From: a plasmid
Sequence record: NZ_AP019754.1
Length of the DNA stretch: 64,000 bases
Reading direction: 5' to 3' (one strand)
A model generated the notes under the pieces. The model was not told the origin of the DNA. It did no database searches and saw only the letters and a list, made by a program, of their open reading frames with translations. Position numbers and translations under genes: made by a program. Every line of letters starts with the position of its first letter. Positions within the stretch are counted from its first letter, which is position 1. Positions 19,376 through 29,239 of this stretch are shown here, piece by piece.

Positions 19376-20884
19376 ATGAAAACACTCTCAAACGTCAAAG
19401 AGCCTCCAAAAGCAGCCCCTGCAACTGCGGGCAAAAATAAAGCACTTATGCTCCTTTTGCCGGTTTTGGTCGCCGTCCTGTTGTTACTCGTCCCCGTGCC
19501 AGCGGGTCTTGAACCTTATGCATGGCACTTCTTTGCCATCTTCGTCGGCGTCATCGTCGGGCTGATTTTTGAACCCTTGCCCGGCGCAGTGATTGGTCTG
19601 ACCGGCGTCGTCGTCATCGCCTTGTTCAGCCAGTTCCTGCTCTTTAGCCCGGCAGAACTGGCCAACCCCAAATTTAAAGTGGCGAGTGAGTCATTTAAAT
19701 GGGCGGTCAGCGGCTTCGGTAACTCAACCGTCTGGCTGATTTTTGGCGCATTCATGTTCGCTGCGGGCTATGACAAGACCCAGTTCGGCCGCCGTCTGGC
19801 ATTGATTCTGGTGAAATACCTGGGCCGCCGGAGTTTAACCCTCGGCTATGCCATCACCTTCGCGGATTTGCTGCTGGCCCCTTTCACCCCGTCGAACACG
19901 GCCCGCAGTGGCGGTACCATTTATCCCATCATTGCCAATCTGCCGCCGCTTTATGGTTCAAAACCCAATGACCCCAGCGCGCGTAAAATTGGATCTTATC
20001 TGATGTGGGTTGCTATCACCGCCGCCTGTATCACCAGCTCCATGTTCCTGTCCGCCCTGGCCCCCAACCTGCTCGCCCTTGCGCTGGTCAAAAGCGTCAT
20101 TGGTTTTGATATCTCCTGGGGAATGTGGTTCCTTGCCTTTTTGCCACTGGGCCTGCTGTTGATTCTGACCATGCCGCTGCTGGCGTACTGGTTCTATCCG
20201 CCTGAAGTGAAGGTGAATGATGAAGTGCCTCGCTGGGCGATTGCTGAGCTGGAAAAACTGGGTAAGTTGACCCGTAATGAAATCCTGTTACTGGTGTTTG
20301 TTGTCTGTGCGCTACTGATGTGGATTTTTGCCACTGCCTGGATCGAACCGGCCATGGCCGCTCTGCTGGTGATTATCCTGATGCTGTGGACCGGGGTACT
20401 TAACTGGAACGACATCACTAGCAATAAAGCCGCCTGGAACACCTTTGCCTGGTTTGCCACACTGGTTGCGCTGGCCGATGGTTTAGCCCGCGTAGGCTTT
20501 ATCGCCTGGCTGGGCAAAGAAGGGGGAATGTTACTGCAGGGATACGATCCTCAAGTGTCGGCTGTGGTGCTGTTGATTGCCTTCTTCCTGCTGCACTACC
20601 TGTTTGCCAGTACCACCGCGCATACGACCGCCTTGCTGCCTGCGATGTTAACCATTGCCGCTTCCATTCCAGGTATTAACATGCCCGTGTTTTGCCTGAT
20701 GCTGTGTACTTCACTGGGTGTGATGGGGATTATCACCCCTTACGGTACCGGCCCAAGCCCTATTTATTACGGCAGCGGCTATTTACCTACGAAAGATTAC
20801 TGGCGTCTGGGCACCATCTTTGGTGCTATCTTCCTGATTGCTATGATGCTCATCGCCTACCCCTGGATGGTGTGGATGTTCTGA
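19376..20884 (+). CDS. DASS-family anion:anion antiporter (TtdT/CitT-like tartrate/C4-dicarboxylate:succinate exchanger)
   Basis: 502 aa polytopic. Colinear with E. coli TtdT over most of its length (VPAGLE, FAVFTGVIVGLI.EP.PGAV, WAVSGFGNS, GRRLALILVK, FTPSNTARSGG.IYPII.NLPPLY, PYGTGPSPIYYGSGYLP..DYWRLG). Confidence 0.8.
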   Translation: MKTLSNVKEPPKAAPATAGKNKALMLLLPVLVAVLLLLVPVPAGLEPYAWHFFAIFVGVIVGLIFEPLPGAVIGLTGVVVIALFSQFLLFSPAELANPKFKVASESFKWAVSGFGNSTVWLIFGAFMFAAGYDKTQFGRRLALILVKYLGRRSLTLGYAITFADLLLAPFTPSNTARSGGTIYPIIANLPPLYGSKPNDPSARKIGSYLMWVAITAACITSSMFLSALAPNLLALALVKSVIGFDISWGMWFLAFLPLGLLLILTMPLLAYWFYPPEVKVNDEVPRWAIAELEKLGKLTRNEILLLVFVVCALLMWIFATAWIEPAMAALLVIILMLWTGVLNWNDITSNKAAWNTFAWFATLVALADGLARVGFIAWLGKEGGMLLQGYDPQVSAVVLLIAFFLLHYLFASTTAHTTALLPAMLTIAASIPGINMPVFCLMLCTSLGVMGIITPYGTGPSPIYYGSGYLPTKDYWRLGTIFGAIFLIAMMLIAYPWMVWMF

Positions 20885-21040
20885 TTGTGTCAAATGCATT
20901 TCGACGCGTCATACGATAACATGCCAACACTTGCCAGCCTGTGCTTATGGCTGGCAAGCATAATAAACAACTCATTCGCCTTTGATGTTGCTCCTGTCAG
21001 CCTGCGTTAACGGAGCCAGCACGTCATTAAGTGAGATACT

Positions 21041-22687
21041 ATGTCGAACAAACCTTTTTTTTATCAGAACCCCTTTCCTCTTGCCCACGAGGACACCGAA
21101 TACTATTTGCTTAGCCCCGACCACGTTTCCGTGGCTGAGTTTGACGGCCAGTCCATATTAAAAGTGGACCCACAGGCATTGACGCTGCTGGCCCAGCAGG
21201 CCTTTCATGATGCGTCTTTTATGTTGCGCCCGGCCCACCAGCAGCAGGTTGCGTCAATTCTGGCTGACCCTGAAGCCAGCGATAACGATAAATACGTCGC
21301 ACTGCAGTTCTTACGAAACTCCGAGATCGCCGCTAAAGGTGTCTTGCCAACCTGCCAGGACACCGGCACTGCCATCATCATGGGCAAAAAAGGCCAGCGA
21401 GTGTGGACCGGTGGCGGTGACGAAGCCGCGCTGTCGCAAGGTATCTACAATACCTATATTGAAGATAACCTGCGTTACTCCCAAAACGCCGCGCTGGATA
21501 TGTATAAAGAAGTGAACACCGGTACCAATCTTCCGGCGCAGATTGACCTCTACAGCGTGGACGGTGATGAATACAAATTCCTTTGCATCGCCAAAGGCGG
21601 CGGTTCCGCCAATAAAACCTATTTGTATCAGGAAACCAAGGCACTGCTCAGCCCGGGCAAGCTGAAAAATTATCTGGTCGATAAAATGCGTACGCTGGGT
21701 ACTGCGGCTTGTCCTCCCTACCATATCGCCTTTGTCATTGGCGGCACCTCTGCCGAAAGTACGCTGAAAACCGTCAAGCTGGCATCGACTCACTACTATG
21801 ATGGTTTACCTACAGAAGGTAACGAGCATGGCCAGGCGTTCCGTGATGTTCAGCTTGAGCAGGAGTTACTGGAAGCGGCGCAGCAGCTTGGGCTGGGAGC
21901 ACAGTTCGGCGGCAAATATTTTGCACATGATATCCGCGTAGTGCGTTTGCCTCGCCACGGCGCATCCTGCCCGGTTGGCATGGGGGTTTCGTGCTCCGCT
22001 GACCGCAATATCAAAGCTAAAATCAACCGCGAGGGTATCTGGATTGAAAAACTGGAAGCCAATCCTGGGCGTTATATCCCTGAAGCACTGCGCAAGCAAG
22101 GTGAAGGCGAAGTGGTTCACATCGACCTGAATCGCCCGATGAATGACATCCTTGCCCAGCTTTCGGAATACCCGGTTTCGACACGTTTGTCCCTGACCGG
22201 GACCATCATCGTTGCGCGTGACATTGCCCATGCCAAACTAAAAGAACGCATTGATAACGGCGAAGGCTTGCCGCAGTACATTAAAGATCACCCTGTCTAT
22301 TATGCGGGTCCGGCCAAAACACCGGAGGGTTACGCATCTGGCTCACTGGGCCCGACGACGGCAGGCCGCATGGATTCGTATGTCGATCTTCTGCAGGCGA
22401 ATGGCGGCAGCAAAGTCATGCTGGCAAAAGGTAACCGTAGCCAGCAGGTCACCGATGCCTGCCACAAGCACGGCGGTTTTTACTTAGGCAGCATTGGTGG
22501 TCCGGCTGCCGTTCTGGCGCAGCAGAGCATCAAGAGTCTGGAGTGCGTGGAGTATGCCGAACTGGGGATGGAAGCTATCTGGAAAATAGAGGTCGAAAAT
22601 TTCCCGGCCTTTATCCTGGTGGATGACAAAGGAAATGACTTCTTCCAGCATATCGAACGTGAGCACTGCTCGCGCTGTGTGAAATAA
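21041..22687 (+). CDS. fumB: class I (Fe-S) fumarate hydratase
   Basis: 548 aa, about 85-90% colinear identity to E. coli FumA/FumB by eye. Called fumB from the dcuSR and anaerobic context; fumA cannot be excluded from sequence alone. Confidence 0.85.
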   Translation: MSNKPFFYQNPFPLAHEDTEYYLLSPDHVSVAEFDGQSILKVDPQALTLLAQQAFHDASFMLRPAHQQQVASILADPEASDNDKYVALQFLRNSEIAAKGVLPTCQDTGTAIIMGKKGQRVWTGGGDEAALSQGIYNTYIEDNLRYSQNAALDMYKEVNTGTNLPAQIDLYSVDGDEYKFLCIAKGGGSANKTYLYQETKALLSPGKLKNYLVDKMRTLGTAACPPYHIAFVIGGTSAESTLKTVKLASTHYYDGLPTEGNEHGQAFRDVQLEQELLEAAQQLGLGAQFGGKYFAHDIRVVRLPRHGASCPVGMGVSCSADRNIKAKINREGIWIEKLEANPGRYIPEALRKQGEGEVVHIDLNRPMNDILAQLSEYPVSTRLSLTGTIIVARDIAHAKLKERIDNGEGLPQYIKDHPVYYAGPAKTPEGYASGSLGPTTAGRMDSYVDLLQANGGSKVMLAKGNRSQQVTDACHKHGGFYLGSIGGPAAVLAQQSIKSLECVEYAELGMEAIWKIEVENFPAFILVDDKGNDFFQHIEREHCSRCVK

Positions 22688-22710
22688 ACACGCGGCGGTA
22701 AACATGATGA

Positions 22711-22740
22711 AACGGCCCCGTTACAGGGGCCGTTTTTTTA
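22711..22740. terminator. rho-independent terminator after fumB (bidirectional with the convergent SDR gene)
   Basis: aacGGCCCCgttacaGGGGCCgttttttt. Confidence 0.7.
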
Positions 22741-23394
22741 TCATCGTTGCAGACGGAGCATGGCGTCGCTTATGCTTTCGTCGCCTTCGGTCAGCTCAAT
22801 AATTTTGCGCGAAATTTGCGGTGTTTCGACCAGAGCCACCAGCGTGGCGGCCACATCCTCACGCGGGACCGACCCGTAAGGAATCGCAAAATCTGCACGT
22901 ACGGTGCCGCGGCCCGCCACATTGGTTAGCGTACCGGGACGAAGAATTACCCAGTCGAGTTGGCTTTCGACCAGGCGAACATCAGCCAGCCGCTTCACGC
23001 GCATGTAATTTTCGAAACCTTCAGATGTCTCTTCGCCACGTGCGGCATCCGGGAAGACTGAAACCAGCAAAAACCGCTTCACACCGGCCTTTTCGGCTGC
23101 GGCAACCGCCAGGGATAACCCCTCGCCGTCAATGGCGTTGGTCAGCTCAATACCCGCGCCTCCCGCCCCAGCGCTAAAAATCACCACATCGTGGCCGGCC
23201 ATTTTCTGCGCCAGTTGATCCACGGTCAGCTTCTGGAGATCCCCCGCCACGGGAACCGCTCCGGCGGATTTAAGTGCTTCGGCCTGCTCAGATTTACGAT
23301 GCAGTGCAGAAACCGCATGTTGCTTAGCGCTGAGCTGTTTCGTCAGATGAGAGCCAACGTTGCCCGCCGCGCCAATAATAAAACATGTCGTCAT
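22741..23394 (-). CDS. NAD(P)H-binding (NmrA/YwnB-like) short-chain oxidoreductase
   Basis: 217 aa; N-terminal IIGAAGNVGSHL Rossmann motif. Confidence 0.7.
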   Translation of the reverse strand: MTTCFIIGAAGNVGSHLTKQLSAKQHAVSALHRKSEQAEALKSAGAVPVAGDLQKLTVDQLAQKMAGHDVVIFSAGAGGAGIELTNAIDGEGLSLAVAAAEKAGVKRFLLVSVFPDAARGEETSEGFENYMRVKRLADVRLVESQLDWVILRPGTLTNVAGRGTVRADFAIPYGSVPREDVAATLVALVETPQISRKIIELTEGDESISDAMLRLQR

Positions 23395-23481
23395 CGTCCT
23401 GCTCCTTTGAAAAAGTCAGATATCAGTATAGACAATAAGCGCAGCGGTAATGAGCGCCCGTCGGGGCGCTTCAGGACATGA

Positions 23482-24546
23482 TTAAGGAATGATTTTCTCA
23501 TGCTTCAGCTTATCGAAAAGCTGAGTGAAGGAATCCAGAGTGCTCCGGTAACCGGTAAAACCCGCCTTGCGACTTTTACTCATGTCGGTGAAGGCTTCCA
23601 TGGGTCGCCCCAGATCCGCGTCGGTGTGCCACCATGAGGCCAGACGCGTGATATCCTGTTCACGCAGGTTTTCACGCTGAGCAAGCGCCTGCCATACGCT
23701 GGCCGCCTCCTGCATGCGCCCGTCAAGCGGCATCATTTTCGCCGGATAAGCGGCAGCCTCGAGACCAAAATACGCCGCCAGTTTTGGCCACATCCAGTTC
23801 CAGCGGAAAACGTCACCGTTTACCGCGTTGAAATCCTGATTTGCCGCGGCCGGGCTGGTCGCCGCCCACTCAAGTTGTTCAGCCAGAAGACCGGCGTCGG
23901 TCATATCCACCACGCCATTCCATTGCTCGGGTGAACCCGGGAAGATAAACGGCCAGCCTTTTTCTTTACATAAGGTGGCGTAAACGGCCAGAGTCTGCCC
24001 CATGTTCATGGCATTTCCGAGCGCATAGCCAATGATGGTATGCGGACGGTGGACGCTCCAGCGATAGCCATATTTTTCGGCGCCAGCGAAGACTTCATCC
24101 TCCTGGGCATAATAGAAGTTGTCTACCGGCTGACGACCCTGCTCTTCGCGGAAAGGCGTGACCGGCACAGCGCCTTTGCCGTAAGCTTCAAATGGCCCCA
24201 GATAGTGCTTAAGGCCCGTCACCAGCGCCACATGTGCGCCCTGGAGGCGTTCGCCAAGCGCTTCAATAACGTTGCGGATCATGCCGCCATTGACGCGGAT
24301 ATTCTCTTTTTCACTGTCCTGGCGCGCCCAGACGCTGAAGAACACTGCATCAGGTTTGACCGCTTTCAATGCCGTTTTTACCGCTTCAGGATCGGTTAAA
24401 TCTGCGGTGAGGTTGCTGCAGCCCTCAGGTACCGCGCTGCGGCCCCGTGACAACCCGCTGACCTGCCAGCCTTCGTTATTTAGCCTTTCTGCTAACGCTC
24501 GACCAATCACACCACTGATTCCAACAATCAAAGCCTGCTTTTGCAT
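23482..24546 (-). CDS. SDR-family NAD-dependent oxidoreductase (epimerase/dehydratase-like, atypical SDR)
   Basis: 354 aa; N-terminal ALIVGISGVIGRALAERL, extended SDR fold. Confidence 0.7.
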   Translation of the reverse strand: MQKQALIVGISGVIGRALAERLNNEGWQVSGLSRGRSAVPEGCSNLTADLTDPEAVKTALKAVKPDAVFFSVWARQDSEKENIRVNGGMIRNVIEALGERLQGAHVALVTGLKHYLGPFEAYGKGAVPVTPFREEQGRQPVDNFYYAQEDEVFAGAEKYGYRWSVHRPHTIIGYALGNAMNMGQTLAVYATLCKEKGWPFIFPGSPEQWNGVVDMTDAGLLAEQLEWAATSPAAANQDFNAVNGDVFRWNWMWPKLAAYFGLEAAAYPAKMMPLDGRMQEAASVWQALAQRENLREQDITRLASWWHTDADLGRPMEAFTDMSKSRKAGFTGYRSTLDSFTQLFDKLKHEKIIP

Positions 24547-24609
24547 GTTAATTCTCCTCTTTTTGCGTAATGCTAAGCGTAATAGAGAATTTCATTCCTA
24601 TTTTGGGTA

Positions 24610-24626
24610 ATAATTCACATCATTAT
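24610..24626. promoter_or_regulatory. LysR-type T-N11-A box (ATAAT-N7-ATTAT) in the SDR/LysR divergent intergenic region
   Basis: ataattcacatcattat inverted repeat, 20 bp upstream of the lysR-family start. Typical autoregulatory site position. Confidence 0.35.
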
Positions 24627-24645
24627 CAACCTGAGTTCATCAATC

Positions 24646-25548
24646 ATGCACGATCAGCGTCTTAAAGACATTGTTCCTTTTGTGGCCAGTGTAGAAAGCG
24701 GGAGTTTTACCGCTGCGGCTGCCCGTTTACATGTCACGGGTTCTGCCATCAGTAAAAGCGTTAGCCGACTGGAGATGCGACTGGGCTCGCGCCTGCTCGA
24801 ACGCACAACGCGAAAACTGCAACTGACGGATGCGGGCAGCGCCTATTACCAAACCTGCTTACGCATCATGGAAGAGCTGGCCGAAGCAGAAGCCGTCCTG
24901 GCTGCGCAACGGATTATTCCTTCCGGCCGTCTGAGACTGGCTGTGCCGCATACTTATGGTCGGCTGAACGTGATGCCGTTGCTGATTCCGTTTTGTCAGC
25001 AGCATCCCGAGCTTGAATTGAGAATGAGTTTTTCAGATCGCTTCATCGATCTGTTTGATGAAGGCATCGACGTTGCGGTCAGAATTGGCGGCTCAGATGA
25101 TTTACCCGCATCAATGGGCTGCCGTCATATTGGTCGTGAACGCATGGTGTTTTGTGCCTCGCCAGCGTGGCTGGAACGCGAAGGACGGCCGCAAAATGAA
25201 CAGGCACTCATGCAGCATCGGGCCATTCTGTATGAACGGGCCGATAACACGCCAAAACCCTGGTTATTTAGTGGTAAAGACGGTCATTCGTACTGGCGGG
25301 ACGTTCCCTTTCGCATGGCGCTGGCTGATGTGGATGCACAACTACAGGCAGTAATTGCCGGATTAGGCGTTGCACAAATGCCCTCGTGGCTGGTACAGAA
25401 CGCCGTTGACAGTGGTGAACTGGAAATCTTACTGCCGCAGCAGCAACCCGAGGGGCTGCCACTCAGTGTGATTTGGCCCCGGCGTAAGCAGCTTCTGCCT
25501 AAAGTGGATGTTTTATTAACCACGCTAACGCAGTTAACCATTCGTTGA
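24646..25548 (+). CDS. LysR family transcriptional regulator
   Basis: 300 aa; N-terminal HTH FVASVESGSFTAAAARLHVTGSAISKSVSRLE plus a LysR substrate-binding domain. Divergent from the SDR gene. Confidence 0.85.
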   Translation: MHDQRLKDIVPFVASVESGSFTAAAARLHVTGSAISKSVSRLEMRLGSRLLERTTRKLQLTDAGSAYYQTCLRIMEELAEAEAVLAAQRIIPSGRLRLAVPHTYGRLNVMPLLIPFCQQHPELELRMSFSDRFIDLFDEGIDVAVRIGGSDDLPASMGCRHIGRERMVFCASPAWLEREGRPQNEQALMQHRAILYERADNTPKPWLFSGKDGHSYWRDVPFRMALADVDAQLQAVIAGLGVAQMPSWLVQNAVDSGELEILLPQQQPEGLPLSVIWPRRKQLLPKVDVLLTTLTQLTIR

Positions 25549-25844
25549 TTGCGAGAGAATTTAATCGCTTTTTCACAGGGTGAGTAATGGAATATGGCGG
25601 ATAATATAACGTCATTATAACGTTTATGCCTGTGCTGCCAGAATCGGATGGGCAGGTTAGGTCATAATATTTCAGTACTTTCTGGTCAACCCAATGGTGT
25701 TTATAACGGAGTGGCGCTAACGTAGAGGCATTCCAATCCGCTCAGGCGTAGGGACAAAGGCGATATGGCAGCAAGGGCGGTGAGCGTTAAAAAAATCAAA
25801 GGTTGTGAAACGTTGCCGGTACCTGACAGTGAACGGCTGCGTTT

Positions 25845-26633
25845 ATGCTAAGTCTGCTCTTTCGCCTGATGGTACTGACTATAATGGCACTTACGCTGGC
25901 GGGATGCGCACGCTCAGATGCATTATGGGCGGTGACAGACAACGTTTGCATGGTGAACTATCACTACACTGGCCACCCGTCACCCTGTCAGCAAATCTAT
26001 ATTCCAGAGGGCAAACGGCAGGGTTTTAGCATTATTCAAAACCCTCGTTATCCCTATCATTTCATTCTGGTTCCCACGATTCCGGTATCCGGTATTGAAA
26101 GCCCGTGGCTATTCATGCCTGGCCGTCCAGATTATTTCGGCTACGCCTGGCTGATGCGTTATCAGTTGATGTCTCAATACGGCAGGCCTGTGCCGGAGGA
26201 CATGCTGGGCATGGCAATCAACTCGGCCTGGGGCCGCAGTCAGAATCAGCTACATATCCACCTCACCTGCCTGCGAGAAGATGTTTACAGGCAGTTAAGG
26301 GCTGAACGTCCCTATATTCAAGATGCGTGGCATCCCCTGCCCGATAAGCTCTTAACGCATACTTATTACGCTCGCCGTGTCCTTCAACCTACAGCGATGG
26401 GCATTTACCCTATCGCATCCGTTGCTCACTACTTTCGCCTGACGCCGCCTATGCTGGCTGAATATGGCGTCGCGTTAGTGCCGACAACGTTCTCGGGTGA
26501 AAAAAAAGGGTTCATCCTGCTGGCAACCCGTCGCGGCTGGGATAAAGGCAATCGCGCCTCCGTTGAGTCTTTACTGGATAAGCGATGTGACATTCTGGGT
26601 TCGGGATCCGCAAAACCCTTACGCTTTAGATAA
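25845..26633 (+). CDS. cdh: CDP-diacylglycerol pyrophosphatase (lipoprotein)
   Basis: Lipobox LTLAGC. Colinear with E. coli Cdh (PSPCQ, GPLQYLLMPT, GR.QN..HIH..C.R.DV, RGWD...RAS.E). Confidence 0.85.
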   Translation: MLSLLFRLMVLTIMALTLAGCARSDALWAVTDNVCMVNYHYTGHPSPCQQIYIPEGKRQGFSIIQNPRYPYHFILVPTIPVSGIESPWLFMPGRPDYFGYAWLMRYQLMSQYGRPVPEDMLGMAINSAWGRSQNQLHIHLTCLREDVYRQLRAERPYIQDAWHPLPDKLLTHTYYARRVLQPTAMGIYPIASVAHYFRLTPPMLAEYGVALVPTTFSGEKKGFILLATRRGWDKGNRASVESLLDKRCDILGSGSAKPLRFR

Positions 26634-26638
26634 TTAAC

Positions 26639-27349
26639 TCACTTATGTAAAATGCGCTGAACCAACGCCCTCAACGCCTGATGTTCCCGAGGATGATGAA
26701 AATAGTGTTCGGCTCCTTGCACCGTCGTCAGTACCGCTTTGTGGCGGTGTGCAAAGGTGACAACCGCACTGAAATCGGCAATCTGGTCCTGGCTTGCAAC
26801 CATAATATTCAGGGACAAGTTTTCTCCCGAAACCCGGTGCTATTGGACATACGCAAGATAATCGGCTCGAAAAACCGTGCCGTCAGAAGCAATGATGACC
26901 TTCTCGCGATTGAGCCGGGTTTCATCAACATCAGCCTTGACCATCATTTTTCTGATGAGACTGTCGAGATCGATAACAGGCGAGAGAAATAATGCCTGAA
27001 ATATTTTTATTTTCTGAGCTGCAATCATGCTAAAACTGGCACCAATGCTGCAGGCAAATAGTGCCGTTGCACTGAATCGTTTCTGAGCATAAGCAAGCAT
27101 GATTTTAATGTCATCAACGGCTTGTGCTACATGGCATTCAGACTCTACATGACGCCTTTCACCATGAGCAGGAAGATCGAAACTCAGTATGCTATATCCC
27201 GCTTTCACAGCCTCAGATGCCAGAATCTCAATGCACTGATCTTCTTTATGGGAAAAATAGCCATGTACGGCAAGGATAAGCTTACCGCCTGCCCGATTAC
27301 CCCAGTGAACGCAAGGAATGCCCTGCACATGGCTTCGTGTGTTTAACAT
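26639..27349 (-). pseudogene. alpha/beta-hydrolase fold protein interrupted by an in-frame TAG (amber) codon at 26840-26842
   Basis: ORF 26840..27349 carries the HG oxyanion region and the nucleophile elbow (FACSIGAS). The same frame continues straight after the TAG for another 66 codons (HRVSGENLSLNIMVASQDQIADF...VQGAEHYFHHP...), supplying the Asp and His of the triad. Total about 236 aa. Confidence 0.6.
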
Positions 27350-27674
27350 AGGGCTTCGCCTTCTTCAGCCTCTCACGTCCTCTGAGTCTAACCGGGCTCA
27401 CAGCAGAAAATTTTGATTCTGGAAAGTCTTAAACGGGACAGTTGTCGACACCGCCAGAGAATGTGGACAACAGTGTGGCCCTGCATGGATACCTCTCACC
27501 ACAGAACGGCCTTAAGACCGCACCGCCGCTAGACCAGATTACATAAAAAGTGAATTTTTTCATTTTGTAACTTTAACGTTATGTTACTTGGTATTTTTGC
27601 TGCCATGATTCATTGCGTTACTTATTGAAATGTGTTGGTCACCCAAACCTTACTATTGCTACAGGGAAAATCAC

Positions 27675-28877
27675 ATGTCACAACGGTCACTTCAGGCACT
27701 GTGTCTGATGAGTTTTTTTCTGGCCGACGTCAGAGACGGTCTGGGACCATTTTTAGGTATTTTTCTGACAGAACGCCACTGGAGCCCGGATGAAATAGGC
27801 CTGGTCATGACCTCAGGCGGCATTGCAGGGCTCCTCTCAACGTTGCCCGCAGGCGTGGTGGCGGATGCAACGCGCTATAAACGTCTTGTCATCTTGACAG
27901 GATGCATTGTGATTACCGTTGCGACCTTATTACTCTGGTACAGCAATCAGTCCTGGACGGCGATCATTTCACAGATCGTTGCCGGTATTGCTGCCGCCTT
28001 TATTGGCCCGACCGTAGCAGGGATAACGCTGGGCCTGACGGGGCAAAAAGGGTTCAACCACCAGATGGGGCGGAACGAGGCTTACAACCATGCCGGAAAC
28101 ACCCTGGCGGCTGTACTGGCAGGATTCGCAGCCTGGAAATGGGGGCTCGGCGCCGTTTTCATTTTAATGATGATAATGGCCGTCTTTGCCGCCATCGCGA
28201 CGTTGGCGATACGTGGAGAGGATATAAATCATGAGGTTGCCCGCGGATTAGAAGACAATCAGTCTCAAAAGCCGACGCTGAGCCTGTGGATCCTGGCGCG
28301 CAAACCCGCACTGCTGGTAACCGGTCTGACTTTACTGCTGTTTCATCTGGCCAACGCCGCACTGTTGCCCATGCTGAGTATGCGCGTTGCCTCATCAACC
28401 GGGCCAGATGCGGTCGATCCCGGTTTGTATGCTGCGGCAACGGTTGTTATTTCTCAGCTGGTGATGATCCCTGTCGCGATTTACGTTTCACGCCGTGTGG
28501 ATAAAATTGGCTATCGCTATTTGATCATGACGGCCCTGTTAATGATGCCGCTTCGGGCGCTTATTGCGGCAGAATTTCCAGAGACGCTATTCGTTATTCC
28601 AGTCCAGGTGCTTGATGGCATTGCGGCAGGAATACTGGGCGTTGCCGTGCCGGGCTACATTGTCTCCCTGCTGCGCGGAAGCGGGCACGTTAATGCGGGT
28701 CAGAGTGTGGTGATGCTAATGCAAGGCGTAGGTGCCTCCATGAGCCCGGCGATGACGGGGCTGATTGTGGCTCGCTATTCCTACAGTATTGCCTTTAGCG
28801 CATTGGGTTGTATCGCCCTGGTGGCCTTACTGCTGTGGTGGAGCACCGGACGAACGCCGGCGGCTGAACCGGCATAA
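27675..28877 (+). CDS. MFS transporter (12-TM)
   Basis: ATG 27675 (MSQRSLQ) with AGGG RBS. Hydrophobic periodicity and MFS motif-A-like GLLSTLPAGVVADATRYKR. Confidence 0.8.
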   Translation: MSQRSLQALCLMSFFLADVRDGLGPFLGIFLTERHWSPDEIGLVMTSGGIAGLLSTLPAGVVADATRYKRLVILTGCIVITVATLLLWYSNQSWTAIISQIVAGIAAAFIGPTVAGITLGLTGQKGFNHQMGRNEAYNHAGNTLAAVLAGFAAWKWGLGAVFILMMIMAVFAAIATLAIRGEDINHEVARGLEDNQSQKPTLSLWILARKPALLVTGLTLLLFHLANAALLPMLSMRVASSTGPDAVDPGLYAAATVVISQLVMIPVAIYVSRRVDKIGYRYLIMTALLMMPLRALIAAEFPETLFVIPVQVLDGIAAGILGVAVPGYIVSLLRGSGHVNAGQSVVMLMQGVGASMSPAMTGLIVARYSYSIAFSALGCIALVALLLWWSTGRTPAAEPA

Positions 28878-29239
28878 TTAAGGGTAATCTGCCAGCAATC
28901 TCACGCTGGCGGATTCTGGTTTGCCCCTGAATACCGCATGCAATAGGCGAATCCGCCATCCTGAATGCCGTTTAAAAGGGACTCAGGCACCATCATATGT
29001 GCCAGAATGTAAACAAAGGTAAAAAATGATTTATGCCTATCTCACTTATTAATCACTCTTTTTTCCTGATTACTTGCAAAAAATTACATTCATGTACTAT
29101 GTTTTCTCGCTGCGGTTAAGAACGCTCTATCATTAATGTCACTGGCCTCTTATAGCTTTCTCTTCCTTTATTTCCGTTAACCTCGCTGACTGGCTGCGAA
29201 AGCTATAGGTCGTCTTCATTTAAGTAGTTTGAGGAAAAT

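Noticed and set aside
26681-26992. 103-aa plus-strand ORF
   Set aside because: Entirely antisense to the alpha/beta hydrolase reading frame, which has clear catalytic motifs. No RBS.
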